From Somniosus microcephalus (taxonomy: Eukaryota), in the NCBI GenBank assembly GCA_052327205.1, contig CM126233.1:10540001-10604000 (forward strand): DNA of 64,000 bases. The letters run 5' to 3'. A program made the position numbers and the translations under genes. How positions within the stretch are numbered: position 1 is the first letter of the stretch; each line of letters begins with the position of its first letter. Positions 11,385 through 24,084 of the stretch are shown one piece after another. The notes below the pieces were generated by a model, which did not search any database, was not told the origin of the DNA, and saw only the letters and a program-made list of their open reading frames with translations.

Positions 11385-13878
11385 TGCAAGATGGTCAGGA
11401 CTGGGAACTGAACATACCAGCTTATAAGGTCTACAGGTAGGATATGGAAACTGGTAGAGTGGGAGGAGTAGCCTTGGTCATTAGGGATGAAATTACTTCA
11501 ATGATGAGAGGATATAATGAGAAGTAAGCAGGCAGTGGAGACTCTTTTTTGGTTGAATTAAGAAATGGGGAAGAATTTAAGACTGTAGTGGGAGTTGTGT
11601 CTTGGCCCCCTGATAGCAGCTGTAAAATGGCAGAATGTATAAATGCAGAGATTAGGCAAACATATAGTAAAGGCAGAGTGGTTTTAATGGAAAATTTAAA
11701 TTTTATATAGATTGGGATAAGCAGGCAAACTTGTGTCAGAAAGGTAGTGAATTTCTTGAGTGTTTTCAGGATAGTTTTCTGCAACAATATTTCCTAGAAC
11801 CAACAAGGGGGGTAGACAATATTAGATTTAATAATGTGCAATGAGCCAGGTTTAGTTAACAGCCTAATGGTGCGTGAACATTTATCTAATAACGATCATA
11901 ATATGATCGAGTTCAACGTAGTTTTTGAAAGGGAGAAACACGAAACAGCTACTATGATTCTAGATTTAGGTGAGGCTGACTTCAATGTGATGAGACAGAG
12001 ACTGTCCACAGTAAACTGGGAAAATCTGTTAATGGGTAAAATGACAGAAGATCAGTGGGAGGTGTTCAAAAAGAATTTAATGTGATACAGAACCAGTTTA
12101 TGACCCTAAAAGGCAAGAGCTCTACTTGCTAAAAAACAGTCATGGACAACAAAAGAGGTAAAACTAAAAGAGAAAGCATACAAAAATGACAAAAATAGCA
12201 CATATCCTGGTGACTGGGAGAGATGCAAAGAACAAAAAAAGGTGACAAAACAGATAGTAAGAGCTACAAAAAGGGAATATGAAAAGAAACTTGCAAGAGA
12301 TATCAATTTTTTTACAATTATATTAGGAAAAAGAGGGTGATCAGGAGCAATGTGGGCCCCTTGAAAACTGAAAACAGTGATATTGTAAATGAAAATATAA
12401 AAATGGTGGACATGTTGAATAATTATACTGCGTCGGTATTTACAGAAGAAGAAGAGGATAGCAGGCTGGATATCCCAAGGAAACTAATATTGACAAATCC
12501 TCCGGCTGCCCGGGAGAAGGGCCTCTGTGGGTGGAGAGTTCCTTACAATTCTTGTAAGGCCTGCTTTTACCAGGATAAGAGTTGAAAAAAGTAAAAAAAA
12601 AAATATTTTCCCACTGATTTATCATTTAAAAATACTTTAAAAAAAGGTAAGTTTATTTTTAGCCGTGTAAAAAACTCTAATTATTTAAAAAAAAATTAAA
12701 GTTATGTTTAAAATAGTTAATTTATTTGTACTTTCAAGTCATTTTAAAAATGTGATGTTTTTAAAAATTTATTTAAAGTTTTACTATGTTTTGGGGATGA
12801 TCTTCATTCATATATTTGATAGATCTTCCTGTCAAATGTATGAAGGGAGATTCCCTTCTTTGATTGGCTCCCCATGGCCCACATGATCCCAGGGGCGCTG
12901 CGAACTACCTGCGCCTCTGGGATACGTGGGCCCTGCGTACCGGCAGTTTGGAGAGGCCCAGCATCGGAACTGTGCGCCTTCTGGGAGCCCTCGGGTAAGG
13001 GCACAGATTTTTTCAGATCGCAGTCCTCCGCCCGCGGGAGGCCTGTGATCGGAATATGTGGGCCATTAATAGATTAAATGAATGAGCAAAACTGTGGCAA
13101 ATGGATTTCAATATAGGCAAGTGTGAGGTCATCCACTTTGGACCTAAAAAGGATAGATCAGAGTACTTTCTAAATGGTGAAAAGCTAGAAACAGTGGAGA
13201 TCCAAAGAGACTTGGCGGTACATGTGCATAGATCGTTAAAATGTTATAGATGGTATAGAAAATAATCAAATAGGCTAACTGAATGCTGGCATTTATAGCT
13301 AGAGGACTAGAATACAAGGGAGTGGAAGTTATGCTACAGCTATACAAAGCCCTAGTTAGACCACACCTGGAATACTGTGTTCAGCTCTGGGCACCATAGC
13401 TTAGGAAGGATATATTGGCCTTGGAGGGAGTGCACTGTAAATTTACCAGAAAACTACCTGGACTCCAAGTGTTAAATTGAGGACTAATTACACAAATTAG
13501 AATTGTATTCCCTGGAATTTAGAAGGTTAAGGGATGATATGATCGAAGTTTTCAATATATTAAGGGGAACTGATAGGGTAGATAGAGAGAAACTATTTCC
13601 GCTGGTTTGAGCCTAGGACTAGGGGACATAGCCTAAAAGTTAGAGCCAGGCCTTTCAGGAGTGAAGTTCGGAAATACTTCTACACGCAAAGGATGGACGA
13701 AGCTTGGAACTCTTCCGCAAATGGCAATTGATGCTAGGTCTATTTTTAACTTAATATCTGAGATTGATAGATTTTTGTTAACCAAAGGTATTGAGGGATA
13801 TGGGGCAAAGATCAGCCACAATCTCATTGAATGGCGGAACAGGTTCGAGGGGCTAAGTGGCCTACTCCTGTTCCTATA
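11385..13878 (+). mobile_element. Degenerate CR1 LINE (endonuclease and 3' end, most of RT deleted) inserted into the minisatellite
   Basis: EHLSNNDHNMIEF and NVGPLK motifs, CR1 C-terminal region and 3' UTR ending TCCTGTTCCTATATG. Confidence 0.85.
12494..13064. mobile_element. Truncated Harbinger-type MITE inside the CR1 copy
   Basis: GC-rich arms around an AT-rich core; right end GGAATATGTGGGCC resembles the GGCC-type TIRs seen elsewhere here. The left TIR is missing together with the CR1 RT region. Confidence 0.5.
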
Positions 13879-13884
13879 TGATAA

Positions 13885-14010
13885 ACACTGGATAACACTC
13901 AGTCTGAAGAGTGAGACACTAAGTAACAGTCAGTCTAGAGAGTAATGCACACTGGGTAACAGTCTAGACAGTGATACACACTGGGTAACATTCAGTGTAG
14001 ACAGTGATAC
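13885..14010. repeat. Right half of the ACACTGGGTAACAGTCTAGACAGTG minisatellite
   Basis: Same unit as 11175-11380. Confidence 0.75.
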
Positions 14011-15162
14011 AACAGCAACAACAACTTGCATTTATATAACGCATTTAACGTAGCAAAACATCTCAAGGTGCTTCACAAGATTAGAAATCAAAATTTGACA
14101 CCGAGCCACATAAGGAGATATCAGGACAGATGACCAAAAGCTTGGTTAAAGAGTTCGGTTTTAAGGAGCGTCTTAAAAGAGGAGAGAGAGCTAGAGAGGA
14201 GAGCGAGCTAGAGAGAAGGAGATGTTAGTGAGGGATTTCCAGAGCTTAGGAACTAGGGAGCTGAAGGCACAGCCGCCAATGGTGGAGAGATTAAAATACG
14301 AGATGCACAAGATGCCAGAATTGGAGGAGTGCAGAGATCTCCAAGGCTTGTCGGGGCTTGGAGGAGGTTACAGAGATAGAGAGGGGCGAGGCCATGGAGG
14401 GATTTGAAAAACAAGGATGAATTTTTTAAAATTGAGGTGTTGCTGGACCGGGAGCTAATGTTGGTCAGCGAGCATATGGGTAATGGGTGAACGGGACTTG
14501 GTGCAAGTTAGGATATGGGCAGCAGAGTTTTGGATGAGCTCAAGTTTATGTAGTGTAGAAGATGGGAGGCTAGCCCGGAGAGCATTGGAATAGTCAAGTC
14601 TGCAGATGACAAAGGCATGGATAAAGGTTTCAGCAGCAGATGAGCCAGGCAGGGGTGTGGAGTCGAGCGACGTCATGCAGGTGGAAGTAGGCAGTCTTGG
14701 TGATGAAATGGATATGTGGTCGGAAGCTCATCTCATGGTCAAACACAACACCAAGGTTGTGAACGGTTTGGCTCAGCTTCAGACAGTTGCCAGTTAAAGG
14801 GATGGAGTCGGTGACTAGGGAACAGAGTTTATGGCGGGAACCGAAGACGATGGCTCCAGTCTTCCCAATATTTAGTTGGAGGAACTTTCTGCTCATCCGA
14901 TACTGGATGTCGAATAAGTAGACAAATCAGAGACAGTGGAGGGGTCAAGAGTGGTGGTGGTGAGATACAGCTGAGTGTTGTCAGCGTGCATGTGGAACCT
15001 AACGTGTTTTTGGATAATGTCGCTGAGGGGCAGCATGTAGATGAGAAATAGGAGGGACCCATGGATAGTTCTTTGGGGGACTCTGGAGGTAACAGTGTGG
15101 GAGCAGGAAGATAAGCCATTACAGGTGATTCTCTGGCTACGATTAGATAGATAAGAATGGAA

Positions 15163-15270
15163 ATAACAACAGATGACGCTGGAAAAACTCAGCAGGCCAG
15201 GCAACATCCGTGGAGAGAGAAATAGAGTCAACATTTCAGGTCGAAACCCTTCTTCAGAACTCTATCGTAG
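15163..15270 (-). mobile_element. 108-bp Penelope-derived insert carrying a hammerhead motif, 15-bp TSD
   Basis: TAGATAAGAATGGAA at 15148-15162 and 15271-15285; the insert is homologous to the Penelope terminal repeat at 22458-22560. Confidence 0.82.
15224..15263 (-). ncRNA. Minimal type I hammerhead ribozyme motif
   Basis: Minus strand AGAGTT-CTGAAGA-AGGGTTTCGACCT-GAAA-TGTT-GACTCT: CUGANGA and GAAA cores with stems I and II. Confidence 0.65.
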
Positions 15271-16569
15271 TAGATAAGAATGGAATCGGGCGAGTGCAGT
15301 CCCACCCAGCTGGACGATGGAGGAGAGGTTTTGGCGGAGGATAATGTGGTTAACCGTGTTGAAGGTTACAGACAGGTCGAGAAGGATGATGAGGGATAAT
15401 TTACCACGGTCACAGTCACATTGGATGTCATTTGTGACTTTGATCAGAGTTGTTTCAGTACTGTGGCAGGGGCGGAAACCTGATTTGAGGGATTCAAACA
15501 TGGAGTTCCGGGAAAGATGGGCACGGATTTGGGAAATGACAACACGTTCAAGAACTTTGGAGATGAAAGGGAGGTTGGAGATGGGCAGTAATTTGCAAGG
15601 ACAGAGGGATGAAGGGTGTTTTTTTTGAGGATGGGGATGATGGACGGCAGATATGAAGGGGAGGGGGACAGTACCTGAGGAGAGGGAACCATTAACAACA
15701 TCAGCTAACATGGGGGCCAGGAAGGGAAGTTGCGTGGTCAGTAGAAATAGGGCCAAGGGGGCAGGAGATGGCTCTTATGGACAAGATAAGCTGAGAGAGG
15801 GTATGATGGGAGATAGGAAAGAAACTAGAGAAAGATGCGAGATTAGGGCAGGGGGAACCTTACAGAATGTTTGGCCCCGTGAACTAGGGGAAGAGAGGGA
15901 AGTGACAGAGGCAGCTGAACGGATGGTCTCAATCTTTGTGACAAAGTCCATGACCTCCTCACACTTGTTGTTGGAGGTGAGGGTGGAGGAGGGTAGTTTA
16001 AGAAGATGGTTTGTAGTGGAGAAGAGAAGCCAAGGGTTATCTTTGCATTCTGGGATGATCCTGGAATATTGAGCAGTTTTGGCAGAGGAGAGCAAATGGC
16101 AGTGCTTGACGTGCTCCAACCAGATCTAGCGGTGAATAGTTAAGCCAGTTGTCTGCTATTGACATACCCATGATGGACACTGTCTAGCGTGCAATACACA
16201 CTACATACCTCAGTCCTAGAGAGCGATAGACACTGGATAGCACACTGGCGAGAGAGTGATTCACCATGCTTGGGATGATTTTTGTGTGCCATTGGCTGTT
16301 GTGACACCCAGTGACTGCTGTCCAGTGAGGTGATAATTCTTGGGTTTTATATGATAGTGAATTGGACCCTTACTTTATTGCATGTCACGAACCCTGTGTA
16401 TATTATTTAACATTGTCTTAACCAAAGGTACAGGCTCACCTTATAGCACCACCACTTTCTGTTGGCGAGTCACTCAAATTAAAAGCAAAATTGAATATTA
16501 GATCTTATTTGTTAAAAGATGTCAGTTTAGGACACAAGCAAAAGTTATTTTCTTGTTTTAAGGGGCACA

Positions 16570-17000
16570 GGACTCTTATGAAAAGATTAATGCGTAAAGG
16601 GGCACCTGACCGACAGGAGAGGCTGAAGAACCTTTGATCATTTACTGTGGAGAAGCTGAAACCTCATGGGGTGAGAGTATAGAAATAGTCAAGATCCTTA
16701 AGGAAATTGATCAACTGAACCCTGATAATGTGTTTGAGATTTCCACAAGCTCAAGAACAAGGTGACACAGGCTGAAACTTAGAAGAGTGAAGAGGTACAG
16801 AGAGTTTAGATTTAACTCTTTACACAGAGGGTGGTGAACGAGTGGAATCGAGTGTACAGGGGGCGTGTGGAGCAGAGGGTGTGGGAACATTTAAGGGAGG
16901 ATTGGGTTGATATTTGCAGGTGATGGAGGGGTGTTAATTTTGGGACTAGGCTGATGGACTGCAGAGTCTTTTCCAGTTTTGTACTGTCCTATGTTCTTAA
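16570..17000 (+). mobile_element. Old CR1 3' fragment
   Basis: Degenerate CR1 3' features (AGAACAAGGTGACAC, ACACAGAGGGTGGTGAAC...TGGAA, TCCTATGTTCT tail). Confidence 0.6.
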
Positions 17001-17114
17001 TAAAAGATTACACTATTTAAATGGGCGTTGGACTTGGTTATTAAAAGAAATCTGGATAAAGGGGCATGGGCTCAGTTAACAGATGATTATTTTACATTCC
17101 CGTAGGAAATCTGA

Positions 17115-17907
17115 GGGGGAAAAATTGGGTATCGCCCATTTTGGGACGCTAATATCGGCCAGGCGCAAAGTTTAGCGCCTGGCGCTAATTACCACCTCCA
17201 ACTGCAAAATTTGCCTCTTTCACCCCTGGAGGTGTTTTGAGCGCTAAATCAGGTGCTCTCTTAAGGCGCTAATGTCAAGGAGCGAGGCGCTACCTCAGCT
17301 CAGGTGATGTCAAGTTACCATGGAAGCCAGACAGTTCTTAAAGGGGAGGGGCCATCTTGCTGGCCAACCACACACTGCTCATTGCAGCCTTGAATCTCGG
17401 CCTGGAGAGACCTCTAAAGCAATTGTGTTGGAAACACTAATGGATAGGTCCAGGGAAAGAGCTCAGTGCTTAGGAACCTCAAAAGTGGTGCTGAGGGCCA
17501 AAACTCCTTAGGTCAGCATCGAATCTCTCCAGACATCGCTCTCCCTCTCAACCTGTGTGTACCAAAAATTTTGCCGACAAGAAAAGGCAGGAAGCGCCCG
17601 CCTTTAAATAGCGCTCCCCCAGCCCCTTCCCGACTTGAAAACGTTCCCCTCTACCTGCCATTCCTAGCGGCAGGCGCTAAGGCAGGGGGTACGACTCAAT
17701 ACCCGGTCCGGGGTGCTACCAGGGCGTTGCACGCTCGACTGACGTCAAGATCTGCAGACGTAGGAGATCGTGGTGGTTGTGTTCAGCGCCGCCGCAAAAC
17801 GACTGGTCAATTTCACAAGCAGCGCTAAAATCGCTGCGCTTGGGCACTAAGTTCCTAATGCCTCATTAGCGCCCCCCGGAGGCGCTAACCAACCAAATTA
17901 TTCCTCC
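17115..17907. mobile_element. PIF/Harbinger-type MITE with 3-bp TSD TGA
   Basis: Imperfect TIRs GGGGGAAAAATTGG / CCAAATTATTCCTCC; TGA on both sides; many GGCGCTA/TAGCGCC motifs. Confidence 0.72.
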
Positions 17908-18895
17908 TGAGAGTCTTATGGTTAGAAGTGTGCCCATAATATTCAATACCTACTTATTATAATAGTGTAACCCAGGGGATACAGTTTGTGATCTGAATTG
18001 GATGTCATGCAACATTTTAGTGAGACATATGAATTGTTAAGCTGCTCACCTCGATTGAACTAACTACAGAATCCTCCCCGAAAACAAGAAAAATAATAAA
18101 AATATGCCACACTATCTTTATTAGCTTAACATTTCCTGATCTATTTTCTGATTCTAACTGATTCTAGGCTTGAGATGAATGACTCTCCCCTTGCTAGGCT
18201 AGGCTTCCTCCGCAGACCTGGCTGGTTGTCACTCATCTAATTTCTTCTATACTTTGAGTATTCATTGGAAGTGGAATGGCAGAGCCTCCAATTCCTTCCC
18301 CATTCAAGGGTTTGCCAGTAGGTTAGTTAACCAAACTAACCAACTCCTCTCCCAAGAGTGTATTTTCGGCAGACATCTCATGCTGTGCTCACATGAATAG
18401 AAACATCAGTAGGTTTCTAGAGTCACTTGAATCTCTAAATGAACTCTCATTGTCTAAAATGCTCTGGTTCAAACTCCTCCTCTGAATCTCAATCTACATT
18501 TCCCATTGTGTGTAGTTAACCCCTCGAGAGCTACATTTAACTTAATAGCAGCATTTTTAACATAAATTATACCATGATCCTCCAATGAAGATATAGTCAG
18601 CAATCCCAAAATGTGACAAGGGAGCTCAGGACTCTGATAATAACAAACTACTATGTTTAAAGGGCAACGTGACTTTGTTATTTAAAAAAGCATCCTGTTT
18701 AAAGAGACACACAAATATGTCAATAGAAGTGCCCCAGTTAAATAGATGCTGAACTCTGTCAATAAAAGATTACTCTCATTAAAATTGACTCAAGATTCTG
18801 TTAAATGATCACCCTAATTAAAGGGAAACCAGACTGTTAATAAATGATTGTCCTCTTTAAAGTAGCACAAGATGCTGTTAATAAAACATTACACC

Positions 18896-19292
18896 GGCCA
18901 TTATGGGAAACAGCAGCCAATATTCATGCAGCTGGTATTGACCCACTCTCCAGATGGACAGAATCGGGGGACCCATGCAACATAACGAACCAACACCTCA
19001 TCACTGACCCAACAGCAGAGGTCCCTGGCTTCGACCTCCCTCGAAGACAGTGGACAGCGCTCAACCGAATCCGCACAAGGCATGATGCGGCCACCTGCTC
19101 CACAAGTGGAAGATGACGACCCAAAGTGCGTCTGTGGCCATGAGTCCCAGACCATGGAACACATCACATTAACCTGCCCGCTAAGATCTGTTGCGGGAGA
19201 CACCTCATTTCTCCACTTGGCATCTCAGGCGGCCATCGAATGGATAGCCAAACTAGACAACCCATTATAAGCTTTTCCTGTCATACGAAACA
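18896..19292 (+). mobile_element. Vingi/Ingi-like non-LTR retrotransposon 3' fragment
   Basis: VPGFDLPRRQWTALNRIRT and DDPKCVCGHESQTMEHITLTCP...AIEWIAKLD (C-terminal CCHC region); CATACGAAA tail; possible ACACC duplication at both ends. Confidence 0.75.
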
Positions 19293-19439
19293 ACACCTTT
19301 TAAAGGGAGACCGAGCTCTGTTAATAAAATATTGCCCTGTTTAAAGGGCACTGCATTCTTATTTTATTATTGAAATCCTGCACAGAATCATAGAACATTG
19401 CTGTACAAAAGCAAACGATTTGGCTCTTAAAATCTGCGG

Positions 19440-19740
19440 TCTAACTAAAGCCTTATACAAGTTTAACATTTCCCTTCATACCCTGTGCCATTACTTTTTT
19501 TACCATAAAACCCTTATGCAGTACCTTATCAAATGCTTTTTGAAGCTCCATATAAACCACATGCACTGTATTTCCTGTAACTATCCTGTTGTTTCTTCAA
19601 TGAATTCTATAAGGTTGGTCGAGCATGACCTGCCTTTCAGAAATGTTGCCAAATAATTCTGATTAATTCATGTTTCTCCAAGTGTTTAATCATTTCATCC
19701 TGTCTTGTAATCTCTAGTAATTCACCAGCAACTGACACCA
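19440..19740 (-). mobile_element. CR1 RT fragment
   Basis: Antisense of the DFQKAFDK region (TACCTTATCAAATGCTTTTTGAAG). Confidence 0.6.
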
Positions 19741-20065
19741 TTACTAAATGATTATGCTGTTTAAATGGCACCAGACGGCATTTATAAAAGATTATTGGTT
19801 AAAGGAGTTCTGCACTTGGTTACTAAAAGATTGCCCTGTTTAATGGGTGCCAGATTCTGTTAATAAATTATTAGTGTTTAAAGGGAAACATGGTTCGGTT
19901 TAATAAAAGAATGCACCTTTTAAAAGTCAGGAAATCCTGTTTATAAAAGATGACCCTGTTTAAAGGGGCATTAGGCACTAATAAAAAGATTATACTGTTT
20001 AGTAGACTGTGTTAACAAACGATTATCTTGTTTAAAGAGGCATTATCTGTTATAAAAGATTACCG

Positions 20066-21733
20066 TACTTTGCATTGGTGTTTACCAAGGACTTTGCCAA
20101 AGCTATGATAAACGAGGAGGTTGCTGAGATACTGGACGAGATAATAAAAGTAGATAAAGAAGAGCTACTAGAAAGTTTGGGAGTACTTAAAATGGGTAAG
20201 TCACCCGCCCGGATAGGGTGCATCCTAGGTTACTGAGGGAAGTAAAGGTAGAAATTGCAGAAGTGCTGGCCACACTCTTCCAATCCTCCTTAGATGCAGG
20301 GGTGGTGCCAAAGGACTGGAGGATTGCAAATGTTACACCCTTGTTCAAAAAAGGGGAGAAGGATAAACCTGGCAATTACAGGCCAGTCAGTTTAACGTCT
20401 GTGGTGGCGAAGCTTTTAGAAACAATAACCCAGGAGAACATTAACAGCCACTTCGACAAGTATGGTCTACTAAAGGAGAGCCAGCACGGATTTATTAAGG
20501 GTAAATCATGTTTGACTAACTTGATTGAATTTTTTGATGAGGTAACAGAGAGGGTGGATGAGGGCAGTGCAGTTGCTGTTGTGTATATGGACTTTCAAAA
20601 GGAGTTTGATAAAGTATCACATAATAGGCTTGTAAGCAAAATTGAAGCCCGTGGGTTGAGAGGCAGCAGCAGCATAGATACAAAATTGGCTAAGGGATAG
20701 AAAACAGAGAGTTGTGGTGAATGGCTGTTTTTCGGACTGGAGGGAGGTATACTGTTCCCCAGAGTTCAGTACCAGGACCGCTGCTGTTTTTGATATACAT
20801 TAATGACTTGGACTTGCCGGTACAGGGTACAATGTCGAAATTTGCAGATGACACGAAGCTTGGAAGTCTCGTAAACAGTGAGGAAGATAGTGATCGACTT
20901 CAAGAGGACATAGACAGGCTGGTGGAATGGGTGGACACATGGCAGATGAAACTTAATGCAGTAAAGTGTGAGGTGTTACATTTTAGTAAGAAGAATGAGG
21001 AAAGCCAATACAAGCTAAATGGTACAATTTTAAAGATGCAACAACAGAGAGACCTAGGGATGTTTGTGCACAAATCTTTGAAGGTGGCAGGACAAGGTGA
21101 GTTGGCTGTGAAAAAAAATATGGGATCCTGGCTTTATAAATAGAGGGATAGAATACAAAAGCCAGGACGTTATGCTAAACCTTTATAAAACACTAGTTCG
21201 GCCCCAGCTGGAGTATTGTGTCCAATTCTGGACACCACACTTTAGGAAGGACATGAAGGCTTTAGAGAGGGTACAGAGGAGATTTACTAGACTGATTCCA
21301 GGGTTACAGTTATATGGATAGACTGTAGAAGCTGGGGTTATTTTCCTTAGAGCAGAGAAGGCTAAGAGGAAATTTGATAGAGGTGTTTAAAATCATGAAA
21401 TTGTTTATATAGAGAAACTGTGTCCAATGGCTGAAGGGTCGCTAACCAGAGCGCACAGATTTAAGGTGATTGGCAAAAGAACCAGAGGCAACATGAGGAA
21501 AAACTTTTTTACGCAACGAGTGGTTAAGATTTGGAATGCACTGCCTGATAGGGTGGTGGATACAGATTCAATAGTAGCCTTCAAAAGGGGCTTGGATAAA
21601 TACTCGAAGGGAAAAAAATTGCAGGGATATGGGAAAGAGTGGGGGGAGTGAGACTGACTGGATTGCTCTTCGAAAGAGCTAGCACTGACTCGATGGGCTG
21701 AATGGCCTCCTTCTGTGCTGTACTATTCTATGA
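20066..21733 (+). mobile_element. CR1 LINE, 5'-truncated, RT plus 3' UTR
   Basis: ORFs 20218-20700 (PGNYRPVSLTSV...YMDFQKEFDKV), 20721-21143 (SKFADDTKL) and 21427-21651 (FFTQRVVKIWNALP); TTCTATGAT tail. Confidence 0.92.
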
Positions 21734-21794
21734 TTTAAAATGGTGCAGGACTCTGATAATGTAAAGTTGCTCTTTAAAGGGGCACTAGACTTGA

Positions 21795-22125
21795 CAACAA
21801 CAACAGCAACAACTTGTATTTATCACCTATAATGTAGTAAAACGTCCCAAAGCGCTTCCCAGGAGTGTAATGAGAGAAAATGTGACCCCGAGCCAAAGAA
21901 GCAGATATTAGGACGGGTGAAAGAGGTAGGTCTGAAGGTAGAGAGGCGGAGTGATTTAGGGAGGGAATTCCAGAGCTTACGATCTGGACAGCTGAAGGTA
22001 CGGCCGCCAATGGTGGGGCGAAGGAAGTGGGAGATGGATAAGAGGCCTAAATTGGAGGAGTGCGGAGATTTCAGAGGGTTGGAGGACTGGAGGAGGTTAC
22101 AGAGATAGGGAGGGGTGAGGCCATG
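21795..22125 (-). mobile_element. L2-like LINE 3' tail fragment
   Basis: ACAACAACAGCAACAACTTGTATTTAT tail and homology to the other L2 3' ends. Confidence 0.75.
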
Positions 22126-22519
22126 ACGAATAAAATGTTACCATATTTAAAGGGGCTGAATACCCTGCTAATAAAAGGTACCTCTATTTAGAGGATCATG
22201 TTTGGGCTCCTGTTTATAACTTTTATAAATGACATAGTGGATGAAATATTATCAAAAGTTGCCAATTGGATGAAGCAGCTAATGGTGCTAACCAATGTGC
22301 CATCACCTAAAAATACTGAATGCAGCTAAATAACTAATTATTGCCATAAAGGTTGTGCACTTTTATCTGTAACCCAGTGTAAAGGCCCTGCTATATTTTT
22401 CTCTGAGATTCCCAATGTTTGATGTTATTCTGCCCTGCCAGGATGGTAATTCTGTAGTAAAAACAGAAAATGCTGGAAATACTCAGCAGGTCAGGCAGCA
22501 TCTGTGGAGAGAGAAACAG

Positions 22520-22556
22520 AGTTAACGTTTCAGGTCGATGACCCTTCGTCAGAACT
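22520..22556 (-). ncRNA. Minimal type I hammerhead ribozyme motif
   Basis: Minus strand AGTT-CTGACGA-AGGGTCATCGACCT-GAAA-CGTT-AACT, with a palindromic stem III as in Penelope hammerheads. Confidence 0.8.
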
Positions 22557-22821
22557 GGAAAAAGCTGGAGATGAAACAGGTGCAGGGGCAGAGAATGGGG
22601 GAGGGGAGGAAAAAACAAAAGGGAAGGTCTGTGATAGGATGGAAGGCAGGAGAGATTAAGAGACAAAAGTGATGATGGTGCAAGGCAGAAGGAGATGGTA
22701 ATGGGACAAGTTAAGAAACAAAGGATGGCTCTAGATGAAGTGTAAATGGCACTGGCAGAATGAAAGACAGCTGCCATGTGAGAAAGAGAAAAAAAATGGA
22801 AAAAAAAGATAGGGGCAGAGG

Positions 22822-23151
22822 TTATGGTCTGAAATTGTTGAACTCTATGTTGAGTCCAGAAGGCTGTGAAGTGCCTAATCGAAAGATGAGGTGCTGTTCC
22901 TCGAACTTGCGTTGAGCTTCATTGGAACAGTGCAAGAGGCCGAGGACGGAGAGGTCAGAGTGGGAGTGGAGCGGAGAATTAAAGTGACAGACGACCGGAA
23001 GCTCGGGATCACTCTTACAGACTGAACGGAGCTGTTCCGCAAAGTGGTCACCCAATCTGCATTTGGTCTCCCCAGTGTAGAGGAGACCACATTGTGAACA
23101 GCGAATACAGTATACTAAATTGCAATAAGTACAAGTAAATCGCTGTTTCAC
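22822..23151 (-). pseudogene. Penelope GIY-YIG endonuclease domain
   Basis: FTCTYCNLVYCIRCSQCGLLYTGETKCRLGDHF...HFN...EEQHLIFRLGTSQPSGLN, preceded in another frame by PGTFPCKRRRCNTCP. Confidence 0.9.
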
Positions 23152-24084
23152 CTGGAAGGAGTGTTTGGGGCCCTGGACAGTGGGAAGGGTGGAGGTAAAA
23201 GGGGCATGTGTTGCATCTCCTGCGCTTGCACGGGAAGGTGCCGGGCGAAGGGGAATTGGGGGTGATAGAGGAGTGGACCAGGGTGTCGCGGAGGGAGCGG
23301 TCCCTTCGGAATGCTGAAGGGGAGGTGAGGGGTAATTCTGTAGCCTGTGCTGTTACACGGTACGTCACACTGAACAAATTAGAGTAATGGCAAGCTGAAC
23401 TGTTTATTTCCTGCAGCAGTCCAATATTTATCCATGTGAGTCCCAAGGTAAATGCTGTCAATAGTAATTGTTAGATGTACTTGTTGTTTTATGGGTTGTT
23501 ACACTATATATTTTCCTCAGTTTCAGTATCACATACCACTTCCATCAGCAAGTCCTTGTTCTCTAGGTAATGATAGCGAACCCGGGGGTCACAATGAGAA
23601 CTACTGTCACTGTGTTTAACTTACCTGATGCATCACAGGCTGCCAGTTTGTTCCTTCACCGTTAGAACTGCAGAAGAATAAACGCTGTCAGACCAATGGC
23701 TAGGCTACAAATTACAAGTCAGATTTATTGAACAGTAAACAGATAAATGAACGGTAGTAAAAAAGAGTAAGTTTAGAGTAACTCTAGATTTAACTATACC
23801 CCCTCGGGACTTAGAAAAACAACACATTCGCTTTTCCACTGCTAATGCTCAATGTTAAACTAAACCGAGAAACACGCTCCCTCGTTAGTCGTATGCATCA
23901 CTACCGTGGAGACTTTGAACTGTGCCCAGCTCAGATGGCTTCAAAACGACTGCTGACTTAGAATAGGTACAAGTTACAACATGGAAACAGGCCATTCGGC
24001 CCAACCAGTCCGTGTCGATGTTTTCCCTCCATGCAAGCAAATGATCACATTTACCTGCCCTGTTCCCATATCCCTTCAACCCCA

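Larger units (their letters stand above)
14011..16158 (-). mobile_element. Degenerate L2-like LINE, 5'-truncated
   Basis: Tail ACAACAACTTGCATTTATATA; [29 protein letters not shown] and RLDYSNA motifs on the minus strand. Confidence 0.88.
18620..20065. repeat. Degenerate approximately 39-40-bp minisatellite (TTTAAAGGGCACCAGACTCTGTTAATAAAAGATTACCCTG), interrupted by TEs
   Basis: Recurrent TTTAAAGGG...TTAATAAAAGATT units at 18620-18895, 19297-19360 and 19740-20065, with stray units near 21740-21795 and 22130-22190. Confidence 0.75.
22458..23330 (-). mobile_element. Penelope-like element, 5'-truncated, 13-bp TSD GGTAATTCTGTAG
   Basis: TSD at 22445-22457 and 23331-23343; GIY-YIG endonuclease remnant; terminal repeat with a hammerhead motif. 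Confidence 0.92.
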
